Assembly: GCA_018816525.1 (NCBI GenBank)
Contig: JAHIVV010000070.1
Span: forward strand, 16,208 to 80,207
Length of the DNA stretch: 64,000 bases
Direction of reading: 5' to 3'
Origin: Elusimicrobiota bacterium
GTDB taxonomy: Bacteria > Elusimicrobiota > Endomicrobiia > CG1-02-37-114 > XYA2-FULL-39-19
Shown: positions 56,301 to 64,000 of the stretch, piece after piece
Layout: each line of letters begins with the position of its first letter
Numbering within the stretch: the stretch's first letter is position 1
Notes under the pieces: model-generated
What the model saw: only the letters and a program-made list of their open reading frames with translations
Databases searched by the model: none
What the model was told of the DNA's origin: nothing
Made by a program: the position numbers and the translations under genes

Positions 56301-59300
56301 TACAAACCTTATGAAAGTACCATTTGCATCAGAGCCCCTATCAGAAAATGCAGCCGTAACAGATATTTCTTTTACGCCAGGCATTTTCATTTGAACTTCC
56401 GGCATAAATCCATATTTTTGCTGCATTGAAGAAACCAGGTCTTCTGCAACCTTTCTCATAAATAATGATTGGACGCGCGCCAATCCAAAACCCATACGGT
56501 TTTGTGACTGAACACCAGTATATGTGGTAGTTTTTGCATAAATATCATCGAGCATTGCTGTAGTCCCGTAAACCTTGATATACAAAGTTGAAGCGGGTTT
56601 TAGGTCAATATTCAGGTAAGTTGTTGTTCCGCTTTGGGTATTCAGTAAAATCCACGAAGTTCCGGAATTTCCTGATGGAATACCAAATAGATTTCCTTCG
56701 CCAGGAGGTGTGGCAAATTCAGATGTCCAAATAACCGCTTGGCCAGTAGGAAGATCTGTTACAGTGAAATTTCCGTTAGCATCAGGCACTGCAAACTTGG
56801 GCTTTCCGCCATCTGCCTTTGGGTAAGCTATCATTACAGTAATCTTGTTCATAACTATGGTCTTTCCCGAATTGTTTATTATTTTGCCGCGTAATGTACC
56901 TGTTGGGTTTTTAAGCGTTATAGTGCTAGGATTGACTGTATCAGTTAATCCAACAAACACTGTTCTATGCTCAGCGTCAGGAGTTACATCAACATCACCA
57001 ATTCCCTCAAGGTCAATTTCGTAAGTCCCGGAAGAAAGGCCTCTTACCTTATAGTTAGCAATTGACGGGAAACTGATGGTTGTTATGTAAACCTGATTCC
57101 AATTCCATGAATTATCTTGCATGGACCTCAACCCTAACTGTATAGGAACACCTGCCGGGGGCATGTTCATCATGCCATTGGGCCAGCCGCCATTATTATC
57201 GCCGTTATTGTTGTTATTAGACATCAGGGCGGTTATGTCATCCTGTATGATTATTGCGCCGGTTAAAGTAACTCCGAAGGAAAGATTAATTGTCCCCAAA
57301 TCAGGGTTGCCTGAATAAAAATCAATTTTACTGCACGCAAATGTACCTGCGGATTCTACATAGAGATGGTAAGACGTGTTTTTCAGAAGGCCGTCGAGAG
57401 TAAATTCAGCGGCTGTGGCCCCATTAAGCAGATCGTTTTGCTGGAAACCAACACAAGTACCGGTTCTGCTTTTTCTGTCAAAAGATTCAACACTAAGATT
57501 AATCCAGAGATTATTCCTTCCGGTCTCATCAAGAAACTCCTGTGCTGATGCAGTTGAAAGAAAGAGACTCGGCAAGCTTACAATACCTCTTGCCTGAACT
57601 GATTTCACTAAACTGATATCTTTTGTAACACCCGCACTTTTTATTTCTACTGTTTCATCTTGTGAGGCATATCCGGGAACTCTGATTTTCATGCTATAAA
57701 TCCCGGGTTCAAGAGAAATGTTATAAGAAGCTGTTATACTTGATAAATATAGAGTCGAAGAAAGAGGTATTCTGAAATCACTTCTGTACCAGCCGGGGCC
57801 GTTCATATTCCACACTTCAACGTTTCCCCAAAGGTCAAAAATCATCCCGCCACCGCCATAAGGATTTGCCATTTCGCCGGCTTTTGGAGGATTTGGCAAA
57901 TTAACCAACCCTGATAATGTAATTCCCTGGCTAAGCTCAATTGTCCCGGCATTGGTTGCGCCACCGGCAGTTACTTTGATTCCCGGGTTAGGTGAATTGC
58001 CCAACTGCGCCATAATATAACCATCTTTTGAAATTTCAAGATTAAAATCTCCGGGCCTTAATCCGGCAACAACAAAACTTCCGTCTTTGCCTGAAAAAGC
58101 CATGCTTCCGCCCATAGGGCCGTTTGCCTGAATTCTAGCACCTGGAAGAGGGGCATCATTTGCGTCAGTAACTAAACCATAGATCACTGAAGTTTTTATA
58201 GTAATCTGTATGCTTGTTGAAAAATTTGGTACTGCGTCTACATCCTGCTGTTGGTCAAAAACCATAAGTGATGCGGCGAAGTTGTCATTCTTTAAGGGGT
58301 TTCCTGCATTGTCTCTTCCTTCCCAACTCATAAGAAAATCCTGAGTAAAGAAATCTGTCCCATCCCAAGTCATGGACCAGCCATCAGTCCAAAAATCCAG
58401 GGTTGAATCAAACAATGACGCGAATTGACCGTATTGCTCTTGACTGATAGGGCCGATTAATTTTGAATAATCAGGCCTCTGCATATCGATGAAATCAGTA
58501 GGATTTTTCTTCATAAACCTTCTGTTGTCTGTTGTGTAAATAAAAATGTTGTTATTCATCGGCTGGAATCCGGCTTTACCATTTGTATCAACAACAAACT
58601 TCATTATTGCGCCATTTTCACCAGACGGCATATTTGTTTTAACCTTGTAAGTGAAAGAAATCTGGGTTCGATCGTCTATTCCATCGTTATCAGGGCTGAT
58701 GATTGTCGGAGAAATTTTTAGGTTTGCAATTGAAACTTCCGGTTTCGGGGCCAGGTTGATATCAAAATATTTTTCTGTGGATGCATCCGAACCTATAAAA
58801 GATTGCCCCTGGTAGGATATTTTATAACCGGCTTTATTTGCTTTTAACTGATAGTTGTACGGATTGCCTGCATAGGAAACTTTAACATTCATAGGGGCGA
58901 ATTCAAAATTATAATCCTCAGGGGTGGTCCCGGAGTAAGAACCATTTGAGGTAACACTTGCGACGAATATATAACTATTAAAATCTCCGCCATTGCCATA
59001 TTCCCCCGGGTCCATCAAAGAAATAGCAACATCGCCAAAAGGAGTAGCCATATCTGTGTTTAAGTGCACCCTTCCTTTAATGGTAACCATAACAGTACTA
59101 GCCTGAACATCCTGCGAGGCTTGTTGCTGAAGGGTAACATCAACTCTTTGCTGCATATTCCCGCTGTTAAGGTTATACGGCCCCAGGATGATTCTGGGTT
59201 CACTGCCCATATCAGGCATATTGTTATTATTTAAATCTGCAAATACTTCTACATAATATCCATTGCCATCAGGAAGACTCAGCAGGTCATAATATCCAGC

Positions 59301-60140
59301 GCCATTTCTATTGAATCCGGCGCCTATCTGTTGGTAAATACCATTCAGGTCTCCAAATCCTGCTCTTGCATAAATTTTTGTGGTCGAAGCGCCGTTGAAA
59401 TTTATATTACCAAAAATCTTATTGGGGCCCGTTTGATTATCGCCGCCATTAACCGTCCCAAAAAAACTCATTCCAGACAAGTCATAACCGGCAATAACCG
59501 GATTGTGTGAATATGGTTCAAAATTATAACCCGCGAGTGCCGCTGTAATCATATATGGGCCATTTGCTAACCCGGTAAATGAATACGCCCCGCCATCATC
59601 AGTTTTTTCATATTTATTTACAGTGCCTGACAAAGATACTGGAACACCGGCCAAGGGACCTGAAACACCTGAAATGGTTCCGGAAATAGTAAATCCGCCC
59701 GCCATATAATTCCATGCCGCAATAAAAGTTACAGCGCCATGGCTTGTTGGTGTAGCGCTTTGAATAAGAATTTTAACTGGGATATTATCTGTGGTTTTAA
59801 ATGTATAGGCATGTCCCTGCAAAGGCTGCGCAGTTGCAGTTGCGCCTGAGGGATCATAAGTGTTTATGCCTTCAAAAGCTGCCGACGAAGCGACAATACC
59901 CAAATCTTTAATACCGTCTTCATGTTTTACTTCCAAGAAATCGTAAGTTGTATTGAAAAACAAGTGCAAATCAGATGAAGCTGTCGACCATGGCTGAAAT
60001 GTTAATATGTCTGGAAGCGTGTCAAAATCTACTGCCTGGTTATCACTTGCGAGTGTAACCGGGTCGGCATTCACCATAGCTGTTGAAAAGATACCTACGA
60101 AAAATACGACAGACATTACGGAAAATAGTTTTTTAAACAT
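53343..60140 (-). CDS. Giant secreted multi-domain surface protein: repeated CarboxypepD_reg-like domains, internal FlgD-Ig-like motif, C-terminal T9SS-type sorting domain
   Basis: 2265 aa from ATG 60140 (MFKKLFSVMSVVFFVGIFSTAMVNA; AGGAGGG RBS). At least 6 CarboxypepD_reg-like units (e.g. GLVTDANDAPLPGARIQANG…GKDGSFVVAGLRPGDFNLEISKDGY; GKVFGKGNVALSGVQVRAY…DDKGIFSLRGL). Internal ISPDNDGIDDRT. C-terminus YPNPLKGG…LKIFNIAGELVF…SGVYVYLL…KLAIIR. The ORF-track 5' extension (60141..60242) overlaps the promoter and is not coding. Confidence 0.85.
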   Translation of the reverse strand: MFKKLFSVMSVVFFVGIFSTAMVNADPVTLASDNQAVDFDTLPDILTFQPWSTASSDLHLFFNTTYDFLEVKHEDGIKDLGIVASSAAFEGINTYDPSGATATAQPLQGHAYTFKTTDNIPVKILIQSATPTSHGAVTFIAAWNYMAGGFTISGTISGVSGPLAGVPVSLSGTVNKYEKTDDGGAYSFTGLANGPYMITAALAGYNFEPYSHNPVIAGYDLSGMSFFGTVNGGDNQTGPNKIFGNINFNGASTTKIYARAGFGDLNGIYQQIGAGFNRNGAGYYDLLSLPDGNGYYVEVFADLNNNNMPDMGSEPRIILGPYNLNSGNMQQRVDVTLQQQASQDVQASTVMVTIKGRVHLNTDMATPFGDVAISLMDPGEYGNGGDFNSYIFVASVTSNGSYSGTTPEDYNFEFAPMNVKVSYAGNPYNYQLKANKAGYKISYQGQSFIGSDASTEKYFDINLAPKPEVSIANLKISPTIISPDNDGIDDRTQISFTYKVKTNMPSGENGAIMKFVVDTNGKAGFQPMNNNIFIYTTDNRRFMKKNPTDFIDMQRPDYSKLIGPISQEQYGQFASLFDSTLDFWTDGWSMTWDGTDFFTQDFLMSWEGRDNAGNPLKNDNFAASLMVFDQQQDVDAVPNFSTSIQITIKTSVIYGLVTDANDAPLPGARIQANGPMGGSMAFSGKDGSFVVAGLRPGDFNLEISKDGYIMAQLGNSPNPGIKVTAGGATNAGTIELSQGITLSGLVNLPNPPKAGEMANPYGGGGMIFDLWGNVEVWNMNGPGWYRSDFRIPLSSTLYLSSITASYNISLEPGIYSMKIRVPGYASQDETVEIKSAGVTKDISLVKSVQARGIVSLPSLFLSTASAQEFLDETGRNNLWINLSVESFDRKSRTGTCVGFQQNDLLNGATAAEFTLDGLLKNTSYHLYVESAGTFACSKIDFYSGNPDLGTINLSFGVTLTGAIIIQDDITALMSNNNNNGDNNGGWPNGMMNMPPAGVPIQLGLRSMQDNSWNWNQVYITTISFPSIANYKVRGLSSGTYEIDLEGIGDVDVTPDAEHRTVFVGLTDTVNPSTITLKNPTGTLRGKIINNSGKTIVMNKITVMIAYPKADGGKPKFAVPDANGNFTVTDLPTGQAVIWTSEFATPPGEGNLFGIPSGNSGTSWILLNTQSGTTTYLNIDLKPASTLYIKVYGTTAMLDDIYAKTTTYTGVQSQNRMGFGLARVQSLFMRKVAEDLVSSMQQKYGFMPEVQMKMPGVKEISVTAAFSDRGSDANGTFIRFVANGLEQGVYYAYPLVNRDLYSSGNEKAVNYPYACIPSETFQLLGANETKEVVFTMSAGVSLTGSIKRPQAGVSETISVSLRKPSTGETIATTSVDFSSANSVNLTSKSFGFEKVSPGKFIIVVQAQNYKVYSNSIEVSASALALPQIELKKGASIIGSLFDETGKAVSQNVLVECWAYPFVDGSYRATNQPGVTISSETSSLGQFTLPNLPGGTYMLKITPEIGAKVNYMVTSKAGITVPESQSDVDVGTIKLKNGTSILGKVFGKGNVALSGVQVRAYPSSVQDKQGNKINATSDDKGIFSLRGLNASIKSWEVKVNVRPDDPTKFTDVQKKYGVKILVVKDITTAASVIKSGIASVFLEETNAKVQGTVVTPGGEKLIMPFQIEGLQFEDYPAALVLLQSQSDLSSGDPMSGMKIITNVDGSFEIKGLVAGKYSIKVFAKGFATYRQDITVEANKTLDVGNLALTAGLSVGGTIRTQVGTKISQSDASIVVAATKDFSKIVFGALTINPVTLEVDRYDIYGVEPGVQYYIVLVQPEFNKVFVDPGIVTVAVSSETKNVIYTQYAPNFETKSFKLTLPIKAFKDIGFTRINIPLGSSEDLIDIANLPNEIDLYYIYGYATEPLKEESITEVVTTMTTSGVLRPLSTAEEKFADNRKEFLFVYIPNGQEITNGYFQLKFTGTSSKGLTGEAEYKFYLGEDGRSEKIINPMVGGNLTLGSGDESGIDVPAGSIDDEVALTSGTKAFCAKYNNETVGATKLGKYSRKSFSSPITCFSADKPGVQLSDIYEMQVRLVSGPLATISQNTPISVKIQISTSALDYNEADLKLYNYNETTKKWDAATGTPTIDWSKFTLSLGVKHMSKFAVFYVAGGGNGGGSADAAALTMKDAYVYPNPLKGGSLTADAIYQAVAITFKKLTAEARLKIFNIAGELVFDNVKANDAAVDTLIWDTKNKSGEKVASGVYVYLLTNPKDSTDKKIGKLAIIR

Positions 60141-60243
60141 TTTTTCCCTCCTAAAATAAGATTGATTTAATCCAGGATATAGATTAGTTTGGTTTTTTTG
60201 CGAGTTAAATACCGGTGTGTTTTTGTTAATCATGTCTGCCATT

Positions 60244-60272
60244 ATTATAACCTGCTTTTCTTATTCTGTCAA
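60244..60272 (-). promoter_or_regulatory. Perfect-consensus sigma70 promoter TTGACA-N17-TATAAT upstream of the giant gene (~97-nt leader)
   Basis: Minus strand: TTGACA (60272..60267), 17-nt spacer, TATAAT (60249..60244). A short inverted repeat (TGTCAC…GTGTTGACA) overlaps the -35. Confidence 0.55.
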
Positions 60273-60294
60273 CACAGTGTGACAAAAATCACTT

Positions 60295-60798
60295 TTATAT
60301 TTTTTCCGTTTGCGCGCTATTTGTATCAAGAATCGAATTGGACTGCCCGAAACCATCATCAATTATTTCCCGCGCTTTCTGGTCAGTCACCCAGTCACTT
60401 CCATTTACAACAAACATATACTGGTATCTTCCGGGCCGCAGGTTCATTTCAAGCAACCACTTATCGCCATTTTTAATAAGTTTATTTGCGTTTTTATCCC
60501 ACTTATTAAAATCGCCTACAATAGAAATTGTTTCGGCATTCCGGTTTATTACGACAAATTTCACTTTTACCTTATTTATAGTATCCATTTTGAAGAAAAG
60601 CGATATGCCGATTATCCATAATGCTGCAATTGCCAAACTCCATCTTAATACAAAAAAAGAAAACCCTTCTGTTTGTCTTGGTTTTTCCAGAAGTGAAAGC
60701 CTTTGAATAATTTTGGAGGTTAAATATGCGGGTGCGTTTTGTTTTTTTAGATAGGAAGGCAGTATACTTAGTTTCTTTTCGATTTCTGGATTTGTCAT
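60295..60798 (-). CDS. Single-pass membrane protein with extracytoplasmic CBM48 / AMPK-beta glycogen-binding-like domain; candidate anti-sigma factor
   Basis: 167 aa. ~45-aa cytoplasmic N-terminus, a TM segment (FSFFVLRWSLAIAALWIIGISLFF), then VKFVVINRNAETISIVGDFNKWDKNANKLIKNGDKWLLEMNLRPGRYQYMFVVNGSDWVTD. Lies immediately downstream of the ECF sigma gene. AGGGAGG RBS. Confidence 0.5.
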   Translation of the reverse strand: MTNPEIEKKLSILPSYLKKQNAPAYLTSKIIQRLSLLEKPRQTEGFSFFVLRWSLAIAALWIIGISLFFKMDTINKVKVKFVVINRNAETISIVGDFNKWDKNANKLIKNGDKWLLEMNLRPGRYQYMFVVNGSDWVTDQKAREIIDDGFGQSNSILDTNSAQTEKI

Positions 60799-60887
60799 TC
60801 ATCCTCCCTTCACCTATATATACGTTTGAAAACGATAAAAGTTTCACCAAGAATAAATTAGCAATGCTTGTAACAGGCAGGTAACAG

Positions 60888-61451
60888 CTATTCAGGAAGG
60901 TTTTTTGATAATATTTTTTGCGCTCTATGTATACGGGTCTTCACGGTACCAAGCGGTTTTTGTATTATATTTGATATTTCTTCATAAGAAAGATTCTCCA
61001 GATATCTCAATATAATTACAATCCGGTATTTTTCAGGAAGAACATTTATAGCGGCTAATATTCTTTCAGCTTCTTCCTTATCAAAGAGCAAAGTTTCCGG
61101 GTTCCCTGACTCATCACTAAACTGTACCCTGATTTCAGATTCTTCTAAAAATATTGATGCATCAATTGAAGCGGTCAGATTTTTTTTCTTCCGAAGCATA
61201 TCTCTTGCAGCGTTTACTGCTATTGAAAACAGCCAATTTTTAAAGGACCGCTCAATATTGTACGCTTTTATATTTTTATAAGCCCTTACAAAAGATTCGC
61301 TGGTAATATCTTCTGCGTCGTTGCAATTACCGCAAAACTTAAATACAAGATTGTAAACAGAATTCTTGTATTCCTCTATCAGGAATTTATATGAATCCTG
61401 ATTCCCTGAAAGGATTTCATTAATATATACCTTTATCTTTTGTTCATCCAT
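60888..61451 (-). CDS. ECF-type sigma-70 family RNA polymerase sigma factor
   Basis: Region 2 (…FVRAYKNIKAYNIERSFKNWLFSIAVNAARD) and region 4 (…YRIVIILRYLENLSYEEISNIIQKPLGTVKTRIHRA). ATG at 61451 overlaps the upstream gene's TGA by 1 nt. Confidence 0.88.
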   Translation of the reverse strand: MDEQKIKVYINEILSGNQDSYKFLIEEYKNSVYNLVFKFCGNCNDAEDITSESFVRAYKNIKAYNIERSFKNWLFSIAVNAARDMLRKKKNLTASIDASIFLEESEIRVQFSDESGNPETLLFDKEEAERILAAINVLPEKYRIVIILRYLENLSYEEISNIIQKPLGTVKTRIHRAQKILSKNLPE

Positions 61452-62200
61452 CAATGAGTTCCTTCCAAAAGCCTTTTATCCTTATCATATTCTTTCATTT
61501 CTTCTTTTATTTCCTTCAATATCTTTTTTCTGAACTGGCCCTTTATTTCAGACGGACTCTTTCCTGATTTTATACCGCTTAATATTATTTCCTGAGCTTC
61601 ATCAAATTCAATTTTTTTTGTAAATGCGAAAATAAATAATTCTGCAGCCTCATTAATTTGTTTTATCGAAAAATCTTTTTCCAGCAAAGACACAAATACT
61701 GCAGCGGCATATTTGCGCTCGACATTTTTTTCTTTAAGCAGAATAAACAAATTTAACAAATCAAGTGTTTTATCAATGTTCACATTTTTATATTTTGCTT
61801 CCCTGGTAAGCTCATTAAAACTATTTATAGTAAGCCCCCTGTCAAGATACTCCGCAAGCAATTTAATCTTTTCTTTATTTACATATTTGGCTTCGAAACG
61901 CGAGTTTAAAAGTTCCCTGGAAATTCTTAGCGTAAGAGTTTTTTCTTTTATCACTTCTGAAAGAATTTCAAAAGGAACATTCTTAGCTATCCCCTCCCGG
62001 GTTCTTAAAGACAAATAATCTTCAGGTAATTTCTCGCTTATAGCGAGGTTAATAAGCGAATCTATTTGGGTTATTTGGCCCGGGGTGAATTGGGATTTTT
62101 CGGATAGAAAATTCTTAATTTCACTTGCACTTGCATTTGCATGAATTGCCGTAAAAAATAAAACGACCCATAAAAAGACCCTAATCATTATTTTGTTCAT
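61451..62200 (-). CDS. Secreted alpha-helical protein of unknown function, translationally coupled to the ECF sigma gene
   Basis: Start at ATG 62200 (MNKIMIRVFLWVVLFFTAIHANASA signal peptide; GGAGG RBS). Lys/Glu-rich helical sequence. The stop overlaps the sigma start. Confidence 0.5.
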   Translation of the reverse strand: MNKIMIRVFLWVVLFFTAIHANASASEIKNFLSEKSQFTPGQITQIDSLINLAISEKLPEDYLSLRTREGIAKNVPFEILSEVIKEKTLTLRISRELLNSRFEAKYVNKEKIKLLAEYLDRGLTINSFNELTREAKYKNVNIDKTLDLLNLFILLKEKNVERKYAAAVFVSLLEKDFSIKQINEAAELFIFAFTKKIEFDEAQEIILSGIKSGKSPSEIKGQFRKKILKEIKEEMKEYDKDKRLLEGTH

Positions 62201-62255
62201 CGTGTTCCTCCAGAGATTCAACTTTTTACCTTTGAGATTGGTTTATTAGCGAGGT

Positions 62256-62954
62256 TTATTGGTTAAGAAGATCTAGAAATTTTATTAACTGGATATTTTT
62301 TTCGTTAAGGTAAGATTTCAGCTGGGGATTGCAGCAAGCCGTGAGTTCATATTCTCTCCAAAGCTCGCCATAACCCGGATGAGTGGCAAGTTCTGCCACG
62401 GAAAAATTTTCATCAATATTACCCCAATACCAGCCTTCAATAAAATGTTCAGGAAATATAATCTGATTTTGCTCAATTAACGCTTTATGCCTGTTGAAAT
62501 CGCCGTTGTGAGAGAAAAATCTCCTGGCAAACCTGATTATTTTAATGCCTTGTTCCCTGGCAACGTCAACGACAACGGGAATAAGTTCATTTCTTAAGTG
62601 AACATGATGGCGGCTTGTTATGTGAGGAGGGTTAATTCCTGCATTTTTAAGCCTGGCAATCTGACTTCTGATTTCATTTCTTACTTGCTCAACCGGAGCC
62701 GGTTCGGTTACCCAATTGTAAACAACTCCTTTTGTCTGGTCAACATTGAAAAACTTATCAAGTTCTATATGGATACCTACTTCAAGATTTGGGTTTTCTT
62801 TAGCTAATCTTATAGCGTCATCAAACGCAGACGAGTAATCAGAAGCTATTATACTCGTGCTGGTAACAACACCGTTTTTATGAGCAGAGATTATCCCCTG
62901 ATTGATTTTAGCTGTTAACCCGAAATCGTCTGCGTTTATTATTATCTTTTTCAT
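62256..62954 (-). CDS. YdjC/ChbG-family carbohydrate deacetylase
   Basis: MKKIIINADDFGLT…GVHIEL… YdjC-family metal-site motifs. Start at the only ATG (62954). The ORF-track start is TTG. Confidence 0.8.
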   Translation of the reverse strand: MKKIIINADDFGLTAKINQGIISAHKNGVVTSTSIIASDYSSAFDDAIRLAKENPNLEVGIHIELDKFFNVDQTKGVVYNWVTEPAPVEQVRNEIRSQIARLKNAGINPPHITSRHHVHLRNELIPVVVDVAREQGIKIIRFARRFFSHNGDFNRHKALIEQNQIIFPEHFIEGWYWGNIDENFSVAELATHPGYGELWREYELTACCNPQLKSYLNEKNIQLIKFLDLLNQ

Positions 62955-63042
62955 GCCAATCTCATTATATATCGAGTTCCGCAAAACTTCAAGTGTTATT
63001 TTAAAAATACTGTTGTTGTTAAAAACATGTAACAGCAAAAAA

Positions 63043-64000
63043 CTACAATAGTTTTTTTGAAATTAATGTTTCTGCTATCTGAACTGCGTTAAGCGCAGCG
63101 CCTTTTCTGACGTTGTCTGCTACAACCCATAAGTCCAGCGCGTTGGCGCAGGAAACATCTTCCCTAATTCTACCGACAAAGGTTTCATCCTTGCCGCCAA
63201 TAGCAAGAGGCATTGGGTATATGCTTTTTTCCGGCAAATCCATAAGCACTACTCCCGGAGCCTGCGAAAGGATTTCCCTGGCCTGCGCGGCAGTAATTTT
63301 TTTCTCAAATTCTACATTTATAGATTCTGAATGCGCTGAAAAAACTGGAACCCTTACACAAGTGGCGGTTATTTTCAGCCCCGGAGCATCAAGTATTTTC
63401 CTGGTTTCTTTCACCATTTTAATTTCTTCTTTGTAATAGTTAGAAAAAGCAGGGTCTTCGCTTATGCCGCTTATTTGAGGAATAACATTAAAAGCAATCT
63501 GGTGAGGATAGGCAGCGGGTTTTGTTTTCACTACTTTAATATCGGGATACGAATCCGCGGTTTCTTTGGACTGTTCATAAAGCTCCCGAACACCTGCTCT
63601 GCCGGTACCTGATACAGATTGGTATGTCGAAACAACTATTCTTTTTATTTTGCTATAACGATGTAACGGCGCTAAAGCAACCACCATTTGTATGGTAGAG
63701 CAATTTGGGTTTGCAATAAATTTTTTGTCTTTACTTAAATGGTGAGCATTAACCTCAGGAACTACCAGCGGACAGCGGCCATCCATTCTAAAATCGTCGC
63801 CATTATCAATAACATAGGCGCCGGATTCCACAGCTTTCCAACCCCACTGTTTTGAAGCGCCTTTTGAACCTTCAGTTCCTGCAAATAGCACGACATCAAG
63901 CCCCTTAAAAGAGTTATCATTTGCTATTTCAACTTTATATTTTTTTCCGTTGATTTCTTCTTCTCTTTCGCGAGTAGCAAATATCTTTATTTCCCTTGCA
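63043..64000 (-). CDS. asd: Aspartate-semialdehyde dehydrogenase (5'-partial; N-terminus beyond window end)
   Basis: …VLFAGTEGSKGASKQWGW…NPNCSTIQMVVALAPLH…, the ASADH catalytic Cys region. The frame stays open to position 64000 (…AREIKIFATREREEEINGKKYKVEIANDNSFKGLDV…). Confidence 0.92.
   Translation of the reverse strand, partial: AREIKIFATREREEEINGKKYKVEIANDNSFKGLDVVLFAGTEGSKGASKQWGWKAVESGAYVIDNGDDFRMDGRCPLVVPEVNAHHLSKDKKFIANPNCSTIQMVVALAPLHRYSKIKRIVVSTYQSVSGTGRAGVRELYEQSKETADSYPDIKVVKTKPAAYPHQIAFNVIPQISGISEDPAFSNYYKEEIKMVKETRKILDAPGLKITATCVRVPVFSAHSESINVEFEKKITAAQAREILSQAPGVVLMDLPEKSIYPMPLAIGGKDETFVGRIREDVSCANALDLWVVADNVRKGAALNAVQIAETLISKKLL

Noticed and set aside
60141-60242. N-terminal 34-codon extension of the giant protein (MADMINKNTP…)
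   Set aside because: It overlaps the TTGACA-N17-TATAAT promoter and has no RBS. The downstream ATG at 60140 has AGGAGGG and starts a textbook signal peptide.
1-64000. CRISPR arrays, IS elements, prophage or restriction-modification/defence cassettes
   Set aside because: No short direct-repeat/spacer periodicity and no transposase, integrase (other than xerD), Cas, methyltransferase-nuclease pair or toxin-antitoxin-like small gene pair were found anywhere in the window.

Overview
This 64-kb window comes from a low-GC diderm bacterium. OM beta-barrels, a T9SS-type C-terminal sorting domain, LolA and an Rnf complex suggest an uncultured FCB-like lineage. All ~65 recognisable genes and all RNA genes lie on the minus strand. 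Most of the window is conserved core genome. In order it holds a partial moxR-like gene, xerD, an MBL hydrolase and recA. Then come pgpA-pgsA-lolA-ftsK, a DUF2582 wHTH, an orphan BCCP, and pnp-rpsO-ribF-nrnA-rbfA-infB-nusA. After a terminator/attenuator come proS-ispG-rseP-dxr-cdsA-uppS-frr-pyrH-tsf-rpsB. These are followed by rnfCDGEAB, aroB, a 60-aa histone-fold (DUF1931-like) protein, nadC-uvrB-surE and an ATP-cone/P-loop kinase fusion. A truncated dcw cluster (mraZ-rsmH-ftsL-ftsI-murE-murF-mraY-murD-ftsW-murG) follows, with GTGG direct-repeat MraZ operator candidates in its promoter. Next are RNase P RNA, a COG1579 zinc-ribbon protein, and tRNA-Met and tRNA-Val. The stretch 48.9-62.2 kb looks accessory and is the most interesting part. 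It encodes an ECF sigma factor with an upstream secreted protein, and a membrane protein with an extracytoplasmic CBM48/AMPK-beta-like domain. It also encodes a 2265-aa secreted multi-CarboxypepD_reg protein ending in a T9SS-type sorting domain, and a signal-peptide FecR-domain protein. Two outer-membrane beta-barrels (one PorV/PorQ-like) and an exported tandem-SpoVG protein complete it. The window ends with a ydjC-family deacetylase and a 5'-partial asd. Several near-consensus sigma70 promoters are readable, two of which imply leaderless mRNAs. There are two perfect 24-nt palindromes in intergenic DNA. No CRISPR, IS element or prophage signal was seen.
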